This document shows positions 16,193-24,540 of a DNA stretch of 50,208 nucleotides, piece after piece. A program made the position numbers and the translations under genes. The notes beneath the pieces were generated by a model. The model had not been told where the DNA came from and did not search any database. It saw only the letters and a program-made list of their open reading frames with translations. The DNA is from an uncultured Candidatus Saccharibacteria bacterium. GTDB taxonomy: Bacteria > Patescibacteriota > Minisyncoccia > Phycocordibacterales > PALSA-1337. The stretch lies in contig CAYIQG010000001.1 of assembly GCA_964365535.1 (NCBI GenBank), positions 1 to 50,208 of the forward strand, written 5' to 3'. The stretch's first letter is position 1. Each line of letters opens with the position of its first letter.

Positions 16193-16361
16193 CGCACCTC
16201 GCGAGAGGAACATTTCATTTCTCACAGCCGAGAATTTTGTTTGAATGGAGTATAAATTGCTAGAAATATTGGCGACACCGTTAGGAGCCAATATTTCTTG
16301 CAATTTAACGACATGAGTCTCGCAGGCTGTGAGAAATGAAATGTTCCTCTCGCGAGGTGCG
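16193..16361. repeat. Foldback element copy C: perfect 37-bp arms around a 95-nt core
   Basis: 16193-16229 cgcacctcgcgagaggaacatttcatttctcacagcc is the exact reverse complement of 16325-16361. The inner hairpin is 16254-16306 with a 13-nt loop. Confidence 0.9.
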
Positions 16362-16381
16362 GTATAATCAGTATCAAAACA

Positions 16382-16852
16382 ATGAAAATCCTCGGAATAG
16401 ACCCCGGCTACGGCCGACTAGGCATAGCGGTCATTGAGAAAACCGCCAAACAGAAAGAAACGGTGTTGTATTCCGCCTGCTTTTCAACTTCAAAGAAAGA
16501 AACAATCTACTGGCGCTTGAATGAAATAGGCAAGGAAGTCGTCCGCGTCATGGATAAATTCAAGCCTACTGCCGTGGCACTGGAGACACTTTTCATCACA
16601 AAAAACCAAAAGACCGCCATGCGCGTAGCTGAGGCGCGCGGAATAATAATATATGAGGGGATAAAAAGAGATTTGCGAATATTCGAATACAGCCCGATGG
16701 AAATAAAGATGGCAATAACCGGAGACGGAACAAGCGACAAGACAAGAATGAAAAAAATGGTGCATCTATTAGTCAAAATGCCGGCAAAAAAACTCGACGA
16801 TGAATATGACGCTATCGCCGTCGCGCTCACATGCAGCACCAGAATCAAGTAA
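16382..16852 (+). CDS. ruvC: Holliday junction resolvase RuvC
   Basis: MKILGIDPGYGRLGIAVIE catalytic N-terminus, VALETLF, and DDEYDAIAVAL near the C-terminus. Confidence 0.9.
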   Translation: MKILGIDPGYGRLGIAVIEKTAKQKETVLYSACFSTSKKETIYWRLNEIGKEVVRVMDKFKPTAVALETLFITKNQKTAMRVAEARGIIIYEGIKRDLRIFEYSPMEIKMAITGDGTSDKTRMKKMVHLLVKMPAKKLDDEYDAIAVALTCSTRIK

Positions 16853-16932
16853 TTATCCACAGTTATTATTGCCAAATAAAAGAACTTCTGCTACAAATTA
16901 GTCAATTCATTATTAGTCCTAATGAAATTAAA

Positions 16933-17208
16933 ATGCCAAGCGTAAAATCAAAACAAAAAAAGCAGATAAAAAAAGCCGATTCAGTGAAAATAGAAGATAG
17001 CGTTTCCGGTATAGAAAAAGATGTTATGTCGCCGAGAAGTCGGAACCGTACTCCCATTGATGTCGAAGAAATTGCTGAGATAATCGACAGGGATGAAAAA
17101 CTGCCAGTTGACCCCCTCGTGGAAACCAACGAAATTGATTCCGAACCGGAAGAAGTGGGGCTAGACGACGATGAACTAGACCCTTTCAACGATAAGTGGG
17201 AACGATGA
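16933..17208 (+). CDS. Small protein with basic N-terminus and acidic C-terminus (91 aa)
   Basis: The ATG at 16933 gives MPSVKSKQKKQIKK... ending DDDELDPFNDKWER. The upstream part of the 16831 ORF overlaps ruvC and looks non-coding. Confidence 0.5.
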   Translation: MPSVKSKQKKQIKKADSVKIEDSVSGIEKDVMSPRSRNRTPIDVEEIAEIIDRDEKLPVDPLVETNEIDSEPEEVGLDDDELDPFNDKWER

Positions 17209-17236
17209 TGTGTCGAAGATACCGAACGAAGCGAGG

Positions 17237-17245
17237 TGCTATAAT
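17237..17245 (+). promoter_or_regulatory. Extended -10 promoter TGCTATAAT, 9 nt upstream of the PBP1A ATG
   Basis: TATAAT at 17240-17245, ATG at 17255. Confidence 0.45.
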
Positions 17246-17254
17246 AGAGACCTG

Positions 17255-19786
17255 ATGTCTCGACGCAAAAAAAGGAAGTTTGTAAGGTCGTTTATACTAT
17301 TCGTCTTATCAGCGTTTTTTATTTGCGTTGGCGCTTTGGCATTGTGGGTGGCGACCATGAAAATACCGGACTTGAATAATTTCGCGACCCGCGTCGTCGC
17401 CCAATCAACGAAAATATACGACCGCACCGGCACAATTCTTTTGTATGATGTAAATACCGACACAAAAAGAACTGTGGTTCCTTTGTCGGAAATATCTCCA
17501 AACCTTCAAAAAACAACCATTGCTATTGAAGACTCGGATTTCTACAGCCATTTCGGCGTTCGCCCAGTGGCTATTCTGCGCGCCACGATTGATAATGTCT
17601 TAAGTGGTAAAGCCAGTCAAGGGGGCTCAACAATAACCCAACAGATAGTGAAAAATTCCTTGCTAACGCAAGACAAAACAATAGCCAGAAAAATCAAAGA
17701 ATTGGTCTTGGCAATCAAATTGGAGAAAGCCATGACAAAAGACCAAATCTTAGAGGCATATTTCAATGAAATTTCGTATGGCGGAACCGTTTACGGCGCC
17801 GAGGAAGCCAGCCAAGCATTCTTTGGGAAACCAGTAATAGAAGTATCGTTAGCCGAAGCCGCCTATATGGCCGCCATTCCCCAAGCGCCGACTTATTACT
17901 CGCCTTATGGAACACACCGCGAAGAGCTCAATAATAGGCAACGCCTTGTTCTACAAAGAATGAAAGACCTCGGGGTGATATCTGAAGCGGATTACAGTAC
18001 TGCCATAAAAGAAAAGGTTACTTTCTTGTCGAAAAATAATGCCGGCATACGCGCTCCCCACTTCGTAATGATGGTAAAGGATTATTTGGTGCAAAAATAT
18101 GGCGAGGAGGCCGTAAGCCAAAACGGTTTGAAAGTTATAACGACGCTAGATTACGATATGCAACAGAAGATGGAGCAAGTTATCGCCAAATTCAGTCCAT
18201 CGCTAGCGGAAAATTTCAATGCCAGCAATACCGCTATGGTAGCCATAGACCCGAAAACTGGAGACATTCTGGCTATGGTTGGTTCAAAAGATTATTTTGA
18301 CTCATCAATTGACGGAAATTACAATGTGACGCTTGCCAAACGCCAGCCAGGCTCCACATTCAAGCCATTCGTCTATGCCACAGCATTCAAAAAAGGCTAT
18401 ACTCCGGATACTGTCTTGTTTGATGTCAATACGGAGTTCTCCTCACAATGCACCCCTGAAGGAAAACCAAAAAATCCGAGTGACGACCCAACAAAGATAT
18501 GTTATTCGCCGGAAGATTATGATTCGAAATGGAATGGACCAATAACAATGAAATATGCACTGGCTCAGTCTAGAAATATTCCAGCTATAAAAGCTTTGTA
18601 TTTGGCAGGAATTCCAGATTCTCTACAAACAGCCCACGATATGGGTATAACAACGCTTAATGACCCTAATCGATATGGACTCACTTTAGTATTAGGCGGA
18701 GGAGAGGTAACACTGCTGGACCTTACTAGTGCTTATGGCGTTTTCGCTAATGATGGAATAAGAAATCCAACTCGATCAGTATTAAAGGTAGATGATACCA
18801 AAGGAACAACACTCGAAGAGTCTACAATTTCACCAACGAGGGTAATCCAGGCTGAAATCGCGAGACAAATAAACAATATATTGTCAGATGAAAAGATTAG
18901 AATGAGTGGTTTGGACAGCGTAACTAAAAATATTGGACGACCAGTAACAATGAAGACAGGAACAACAAATGACTGGAAAGACGTCTGGGTTTTAGGATAT
19001 ACACCCAGCATTGTTGTAGGTGCTTGGGCTGGTAATAATGATAACAAACCAATGCAACACAAAGTGGCAGGGCTTGTGATTACGCCATTGTGGGGAGCAC
19101 TCATGTCACAAGTAGCAAAGAATTATCCACTTGAAAACTTCCCTCCTCCACCGCCTCCAATCACCGACAATAAGCCGGTTTTGCACGGTGTTTGGTGGGG
19201 TGGTATTTCTTACTGGAAAGACAAAATATCAGGAAAAGTTGCTACCGAGAACACTCCACCTGAACTAAAACAAGAAGTAGTATTCAATAGTGTCCATTCA
19301 ATTCTTAATTGGGTCGACAAAGACAATCCTCAAAGTTCCAGTACTCCAATCAATCTTAATCAGGATTCACAGTATGACAATTGGGAATATGGCGTTCGTA
19401 ACTGGTTCAAAGAATATCAAATTCTACACCCTGATTTCAAAGAAGTGACTGGCAATATTGTTATTCCTACAGAAACTGATGATGTCCACATATCAGAAAA
19501 GGCGCCAAAAATAAGTATTGTTTCACCCGCTAACAACTATGCGCTTGATCCGCAGATTGCTCTGGCGGTCAAAATAAAGATTGACGGTGCATACCCCGCA
19601 CAAAAAACAGAAATCTATTTGAACGGCAAATATGTTTTAACGGCGACAAGCGATCCTCTAAATTTCTCTTTTGTTCCAAAAGATATAGGCAATCTCAACG
19701 ACGAAAATAACTCCCTTTCAATTATTGTCTCCGATAGTGTTCTGAATAAAGGACAAGCAATCTTAAACTTCTCAATTAAAAAATAG
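17255..19786 (+). CDS. Class A penicillin-binding protein (glycosyltransferase plus transpeptidase)
   Basis: GT51 motifs EDSDFYSHFG and GGSTITQQ. Transpeptidase motifs STFKP, SRN and KTGTT. An N-terminal TM anchor follows MSRRKKRKF. Confidence 0.9.
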   Translation: MSRRKKRKFVRSFILFVLSAFFICVGALALWVATMKIPDLNNFATRVVAQSTKIYDRTGTILLYDVNTDTKRTVVPLSEISPNLQKTTIAIEDSDFYSHFGVRPVAILRATIDNVLSGKASQGGSTITQQIVKNSLLTQDKTIARKIKELVLAIKLEKAMTKDQILEAYFNEISYGGTVYGAEEASQAFFGKPVIEVSLAEAAYMAAIPQAPTYYSPYGTHREELNNRQRLVLQRMKDLGVISEADYSTAIKEKVTFLSKNNAGIRAPHFVMMVKDYLVQKYGEEAVSQNGLKVITTLDYDMQQKMEQVIAKFSPSLAENFNASNTAMVAIDPKTGDILAMVGSKDYFDSSIDGNYNVTLAKRQPGSTFKPFVYATAFKKGYTPDTVLFDVNTEFSSQCTPEGKPKNPSDDPTKICYSPEDYDSKWNGPITMKYALAQSRNIPAIKALYLAGIPDSLQTAHDMGITTLNDPNRYGLTLVLGGGEVTLLDLTSAYGVFANDGIRNPTRSVLKVDDTKGTTLEESTISPTRVIQAEIARQINNILSDEKIRMSGLDSVTKNIGRPVTMKTGTTNDWKDVWVLGYTPSIVVGAWAGNNDNKPMQHKVAGLVITPLWGALMSQVAKNYPLENFPPPPPPITDNKPVLHGVWWGGISYWKDKISGKVATENTPPELKQEVVFNSVHSILNWVDKDNPQSSSTPINLNQDSQYDNWEYGVRNWFKEYQILHPDFKEVTGNIVIPTETDDVHISEKAPKISIVSPANNYALDPQIALAVKIKIDGAYPAQKTEIYLNGKYVLTATSDPLNFSFVPKDIGNLNDENNSLSIIVSDSVLNKGQAILNFSIKK

Positions 19787-19791
19787 TTTTG

Positions 19792-20832
19792 CTAAAATTT
19801 CATTAATCTTTTAATAAATTTCCTGAAATTATAGAGGCAATACCAAAATGGCTGCGCCACAACATCAAAAAAATCAGAATGTGCAACTTCGAAACCGCCA
19901 AATTTCTTTTTAAACATCGTCAATCCATCCCAACCTTTATATGTCTTGCCGGTTGATATGCCACCAAAGTTGAAACTGGTGTTTCCATTTTTCTTCGCCT
20001 GACATATTGCCGTCCATATGGCAAGATACGTGGGCGCAAAATTGCGGTGCTCATTACTTGAACCACCGAAAACATAATTAGCAACTTTTCCATACTGTAT
20101 AATAAGATCAATAACCAATATTTTCTCTCCGGATCTGGCAATGGAAAGATATGCGTTCTCCGACTTCAGATTCTTAAAAACATTTTCATAGTATAATTTA
20201 TCATGCAAACTGAAACCATTTCTAATTGAAGTGCCAAGCATAAGATCATAGAATGGTTGAAAGTATTTTACAAAATCTGATGTTACAATTTCGATATTTA
20301 TCCCTTTCCTTCTAGCCAAACGCACCGAATATCTAGCATTCTCATCCATATCCATAAGCAATTCATCTTCTGATTTGTCTAATTTTAAAAACCATTCAAC
20401 GCGTGGCTGAAAATATGCCGAATGATATGTATAGATGGGCGCAAGTTTAAATATTTTCTTAATAATTTCCTTGTTATTGTGATCCGGTGGAGTAAAATCA
20501 AGACGAATAAATACAGCGTTATTCTTCATGGCTATTTTCTTGAGTTCAATTTTTAGAAACAATAATAATTGTTCAGGAAACTCTCCCATTACTGGACCGT
20601 ATGGGATATAAAAATAACTTTTATTTCCAAATAATGGGTATTTAATTATTTGAAAATACACAACGGGTTTATCTTCACGAAAAATAACAAATATTTTTAC
20701 ATCCCTTCCTAGACTTTTTTGCCAATCTCCATAAAAGTCAGCTTGTGTGAATGGCGTATCAGAGCAAATAGTAAGTGGGTCAAACGATTCATTCTTCCCA
20801 ATTTCTTGTAAAACAAAGTTATTCATAGCCAC
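19792..20832 (-). CDS. FemAB-family peptidoglycan interpeptide-bridge aminoacyltransferase
   Basis: Size and the C-terminal FNFGGIS...GLTMFKKKFGG segment resemble the FemABX family (recognised from memory). Confidence 0.7.
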   Translation of the reverse strand: MAMNNFVLQEIGKNESFDPLTICSDTPFTQADFYGDWQKSLGRDVKIFVIFREDKPVVYFQIIKYPLFGNKSYFYIPYGPVMGEFPEQLLLFLKIELKKIAMKNNAVFIRLDFTPPDHNNKEIIKKIFKLAPIYTYHSAYFQPRVEWFLKLDKSEDELLMDMDENARYSVRLARRKGINIEIVTSDFVKYFQPFYDLMLGTSIRNGFSLHDKLYYENVFKNLKSENAYLSIARSGEKILVIDLIIQYGKVANYVFGGSSNEHRNFAPTYLAIWTAICQAKKNGNTSFNFGGISTGKTYKGWDGLTMFKKKFGGFEVAHSDFFDVVAQPFWYCLYNFRKFIKRLMKF

Positions 20833-20856
20833 ATCTTATCATAACTTTATTTCACA

Positions 20857-21123
20857 TTATCTAATATCTCTCGCAATTATATTCTCCTGCCCTTTATTTA
20901 TATCGTCTAGAATACTTTGCTTCTTTATATAAATAGCCGATTTCGTCGATTGGGAAATATTTTTTAGGGAAACTATTGTTGATTTTATTGATATGTTAGG
21001 AATAGGAATATCAATTCCGATATTTTTCAATAATGAATCATGGATGAGGTTTATTTGAAGCGCTCCTTTGGCTTGGACGCTTCTTATTTTATTAAGAAGT
21101 TGGGAGATGTTGAAATTTAACAT
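20857..21123 (-). CDS. Small DUF721/DciA-like protein downstream of dnaN
   Basis: 88 aa, located immediately after dnaN. The C-terminal pattern (IVSLKNISQS..AIYIKKQSILDDIN) resembles DUF721. The functional call is weak. Confidence 0.4.
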   Translation of the reverse strand: MLNFNISQLLNKIRSVQAKGALQINLIHDSLLKNIGIDIPIPNISIKSTIVSLKNISQSTKSAIYIKKQSILDDINKGQENIIARDIR

Positions 21124-21124
21124 T

Positions 21125-22234
21125 TTAGCGATTCATTGGCATAACCAAATACATAAAAGACTGGTCGCCGGATACCGGACGGATAACCATCGGCTTGTTT
21201 GTACCGCTTAATTGGAGCGAAACGCTATCAGCATCGATAGATTGGAAGCAGTCTATAACATACTTATAGTTGAAGTTAATCTCTACCCTATCGCCCGTTA
21301 TAGCCGCGTCTATTGTCGTTTTATTTTCCCCGATATCGCTATTCTTCGTCTGCACTTCAAATAGCTTGCCTTTAGGGTCGGCTATCATATGAATTTGATT
21401 GAATTTGTCGGAAAAAACATTCGATATTTTCAAAGCGTTAAGCAGGTCTTGTTTCAGAGCTATAATCTCCGTCGTATAAGCTTTTGGAATTATTTGCTTA
21501 TAATCCGGAAATACCCCGTCAATTACGCGAGAAATTATCCGCATTTTGCCCGGCACTTCAAATGAAATAAGATTTTTATTCATTTCAATCGTCATTGTTT
21601 CCGTGTTTGATTCAAGAATCCTTATAATATCAGCCACATTTTTGAAAGGTATTAAAATATCTCCTATTGCCGTAGAGGCTGGTAAACTAACCTTCTTTTC
21701 AGCTAGACGGAATGAGTCCGTGGCGACAAAAACAAGATGATTATTCTGCGTGTACGCATAAACGCTTGAAAGTTCCGGCTTAACACTGGAAACTGACGAA
21801 CTATACCAAACAGATTTCAACCCCTTAACAATTACTTCAGGATTCAACTGTACTTTTTGTTCTCCCGTTACCGTTGGAATACTGGGAAAATCTTCATGCG
21901 GAACTGTTTTTATTATTCCTTTTGATTTTGTCGTATCTATTTGAATATTACCGGAGACCAATTCAAGCCGGACTACTCCGTCATGATCGCTTATTTGGGA
22001 AAGAAAAGAAGATAAAATAGAAGCGGGAATGGTAAAAATTTCTTCAGTATCAGATTTAGCTGATAATAATATTTCCATACCAAGGTCTAAATTGGTTGCC
22101 TTTATAAGAAGCGACCCTTTTTTAACATCAAATAAAAGACATGATAATACAGGTAATGTCATATGCTTGCCAGCTATCCTCTCTGCCAGTATAACCGCTT
22201 TTTTTAAATCTTGAAAATGTAATTCTAGTTTCAT
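21125..22234 (-). CDS. dnaN: DNA polymerase III beta sliding clamp
   Basis: 369 aa, N-terminal LPVLSCLLFDVKKGSLLIKATNLDLG, C-terminal PMVIRP...YLVMPMNR, positioned after dnaA. Confidence 0.95.
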   Translation of the reverse strand: MKLELHFQDLKKAVILAERIAGKHMTLPVLSCLLFDVKKGSLLIKATNLDLGMEILLSAKSDTEEIFTIPASILSSFLSQISDHDGVVRLELVSGNIQIDTTKSKGIIKTVPHEDFPSIPTVTGEQKVQLNPEVIVKGLKSVWYSSSVSSVKPELSSVYAYTQNNHLVFVATDSFRLAEKKVSLPASTAIGDILIPFKNVADIIRILESNTETMTIEMNKNLISFEVPGKMRIISRVIDGVFPDYKQIIPKAYTTEIIALKQDLLNALKISNVFSDKFNQIHMIADPKGKLFEVQTKNSDIGENKTTIDAAITGDRVEINFNYKYVIDCFQSIDADSVSLQLSGTNKPMVIRPVSGDQSFMYLVMPMNR

Positions 22235-22454
22235 GGTAGTGTTAATAATTATTTTTTTTAAAACTTTTTATTATTATTAAGGGTGTGAATAGGTTGAAAA
22301 GATAAAAAACTTTTATTTTATATGAGTATTTTAGATTATTAGTCATAAATTTTTTATGTATAAGATGTTAATTTTTATTAAATATGATTATTAGGGTATT
22401 TTTTGAACTATTTTTCCACAAGCAATACAGAGTTTATTAACATTATTTCCACAA
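22235..22454. other. AT-rich dnaA-dnaN intergenic region: candidate oriC half / DNA unwinding element
   Basis: About 220 bp, strongly AT-rich, with degenerate DnaA-box-like 9-mers: TGTGAATAG (22284-22292), TTTTCCACA (22412-22420) and ATTTCCACA (22445-22453). Confidence 0.45.
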
Positions 22455-23801
22455 TCACAACATTGTTCGAAGTTTAGATATCTCTTCCGCTAATAAAGTA
22501 TTAGTTTTTACTTCCTCTTTTATTTTTTCATAGGAATGAATAACGGTAGTATGGTCGCGCCCGCCGAGCTTGTCGCCAATTGATGGAAATGAAATACTGA
22601 AATCTTCGCGTAAAATATACATAACCACTTGCCGCGGCTTCACTATCTCTTTCTTTCTTGTTTTGTTGTATATGCTATCCTCGTTAATGTTATAGAAATC
22701 GCATACAATCTTCACGACCTCCTTAACGGAAAGCATTTTCTTCGGCCTGGCATTTGTCTTTATTATTGTTTTTATTTCGTTTATATTGAGTTCTCTGCCT
22801 TTGTAGAGGGTATTATGCGCGATGATATTGACTATACCCTCTATTTCCCTAATATTTTCCTCAACTTCCGATGCCAAATAGTCAATAATCTCTTCCGTGA
22901 GAATAATATTATGAGGCTTGCATTTAGCCCTAACTATAGCCATTCTAGACTCTTTGTCTAGTTCGGAAATATCTACCACCATACCCGAACCGAAGCGTCC
23001 CCTTACTCGGTCTTCGAGGTTGGGAATGATATTCGGATGTCTATCGCTCGAAAAGACTAGTTGGCGGGCCGTATCATAGAAAGTGTTGAATAGATGAAAT
23101 AATTCTTCTTGGAATTTTTCTTTACTTCCGAAAAACTGGACATCATCCATGATGAGAACATCGTATTTGCGGTATTTTTCTTTGAACTGCTGGGCTTTGT
23201 TGGTTTGTAGCGAGTCAAAGAAATCGGAGCCGAACTTTTCAGCGGTTAAATAATAGACTTTCTTATTGGAAAAAATACTTTTTATTTTATTTCCAATTGC
23301 TTGGATCAAATGGGTTTTGCCGACGCCCGTTCTTCCGTATATGAACAGCGGGTTATATGTTTGTCCAGGCGTCTTTACGATAGTTTGCGCGGCGGCATGG
23401 GCTATTTCATTGAATGGGCCGACGACAAAATTGTCGAATGTATAGCGAGAATTCAAATTATTTTCTTTATTAACATAAAAATTCTCGAGGGGCATTGATA
23501 AAGTCGGCGCCAGAACGGAACTCTTCTTGGTTTCACCTTGTTTTTGCTCATCTTCACGCAGAACGACATACTCCAAAGCGCGTACGCGCTCGTTCAGCTG
23601 TCTTAATATGCGTAAAATTGAATTATGGCACTTCTTGAATAGCCACTCTCTGGTAAATTCATTGGGCACGCCCAAAAAGACTACTCCTTCCTCCTCTCGA
23701 ACTATATGAGTTGTTTTGACCCAAGTGGAATAATTCGCCGGAGAAACTAAAGATTGTATTTCGATGAGAGCGGTCTGCCAAATTTGAGAGTATTCATTCA
23801 T
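22455..23801 (-). CDS. dnaA: Chromosomal replication initiator DnaA
   Basis: Walker A GRTGVGKTHL, Walker B VLIMDDVQFF, and C-terminal DNA-binding GGRDHTTVIHSYEKI. GGAGA lies 6 nt before the ATG. Confidence 0.97.
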   Translation of the reverse strand: MNEYSQIWQTALIEIQSLVSPANYSTWVKTTHIVREEEGVVFLGVPNEFTREWLFKKCHNSILRILRQLNERVRALEYVVLREDEQKQGETKKSSVLAPTLSMPLENFYVNKENNLNSRYTFDNFVVGPFNEIAHAAAQTIVKTPGQTYNPLFIYGRTGVGKTHLIQAIGNKIKSIFSNKKVYYLTAEKFGSDFFDSLQTNKAQQFKEKYRKYDVLIMDDVQFFGSKEKFQEELFHLFNTFYDTARQLVFSSDRHPNIIPNLEDRVRGRFGSGMVVDISELDKESRMAIVRAKCKPHNIILTEEIIDYLASEVEENIREIEGIVNIIAHNTLYKGRELNINEIKTIIKTNARPKKMLSVKEVVKIVCDFYNINEDSIYNKTRKKEIVKPRQVVMYILREDFSISFPSIGDKLGGRDHTTVIHSYEKIKEEVKTNTLLAEEISKLRTML

Positions 23802-24032
23802 AAGTTGTCTCCAGTATATACCTGTTTATAATTCTGGGAACTTGTGGAGAGGCGTAAAATATGTTGATAAGTTGTGGAGAACTTTTTTTGAGTCTCATTG
23901 CGAAGCCGACACTTCCCGGAGTGAGCCTTAGCGGAGCGGAGCGATTAATGGCTCACGGAGGGAATGTGTCGGCGAAGCAAAAGAGACTCAAAACTTGTAT
24001 AATTACCCAAAAAATGTAATACTCTACAAATC
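23802..24032. promoter_or_regulatory. dnaA/rpmH divergent control region: candidate second oriC half
   Basis: Two TTGTGGAGA repeats (23842-23850, 23872-23880) spaced 30 bp apart, each one mismatch from the reverse complement of TTATCCACA. A long hairpin lies at 23888-23991. Confidence 0.4.
23888..23991. repeat. Long imperfect palindrome (about 40-nt arms) with GCGGAGCGGAGCG in the loop
   Basis: ttgagtctcattgcgaagccgacacttcccggagtgagcc / ggctcacggagggaatgtgtcggcgaagcaaaagagactcaa. It shares the GACACTT and (GCGGA)n motifs with the polA insert at 3493-3556. Confidence 0.6.
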
Positions 24033-24167
24033 ATGTCATTTACCTATAAACCAAACAAAAGAAAACGCGCCAAGACGCATGGTTTTCGCGCGCGGATGAA
24101 AACACCCGGTGGCAAGAAGGCGGTGGCAAGGCGCAGAGCTAAGGGCAGGCGCCGCATAACAGTTTAA
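24033..24167 (+). CDS. rpmH: 50S ribosomal protein L34
   Basis: Hand translation gives [44 protein letters not shown] (44 aa). It is below the ORF-track size cut-off and lies immediately upstream of rnpA. Confidence 0.9.
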   Translation: MSFTYKPNKRKRAKTHGFRARMKTPGGKKAVARRRAKGRRRITV

Positions 24168-24168
24168 T

Positions 24169-24507
24169 ATGCTGAAAAAGTCTAATAGGCTGACTACCAA
24201 GCAGGTATTGGATGTTCTGAAAAATGGGAAAGTCCTTAGTTCTCCCCTTTTTATTTTGCGCTATATAGAAAATCAGCCGGATACGCGCATTTCCGCTGTC
24301 GCACCCGTCAAGATTGCCAAGAAAGCCGTGGCTCGCAATAGGGCGCGCAGACGCATGTATGGCGTCGTGAGAGAATTTTTACCTTCTATAATTCCGGGAA
24401 TTCATGCTATTATCTTCTCAAGGAATGCTTTGGCTGATAGTGATTTCGAAAGTATCCGCAATGAACTTAAAGGTTTGCTTGTAAAAAGCCGACTATTAAG
24501 CTCCTAA
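24169..24507 (+). CDS. rnpA: RNase P protein component
   Basis: 112 aa, basic, with the RNRARRRMYGVVRE motif, in the conserved rpmH-rnpA-yidC order. Confidence 0.85.
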   Translation: MLKKSNRLTTKQVLDVLKNGKVLSSPLFILRYIENQPDTRISAVAPVKIAKKAVARNRARRRMYGVVREFLPSIIPGIHAIIFSRNALADSDFESIRNELKGLLVKSRLLSS

Positions 24508-24540
24508 CCAAAAATTAATAGCCAATTACTAATAACCATT

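Noticed and set aside
16235-16275. Resemblance of CUGAAUGGAG...GAAAU in the core to hammerhead CUGAUGAG/GAAA boxes, and of TTTGAATGG to part of a type II CRISPR repeat.
   Set aside because: - The hammerhead consensus is not actually met: there is an extra base and no CGAAAC with an appropriate stem II.
- No repeat-spacer array or cas gene is present in the window.
- These are short chance matches.
16245-16316. 23-codon ORF (MEYKLLEILATPLGANISCNLTT) inside the foldback core, also present in copy B with one synonymous and one P/L change. A minus-strand ORF (MSLNCKKYWLL...) is also present.
   Set aside because: Copy A has no ATG and has in-frame stops at the equivalent positions on both strands, while its RNA-like pairing is preserved. 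The conservation is therefore structural, not coding.
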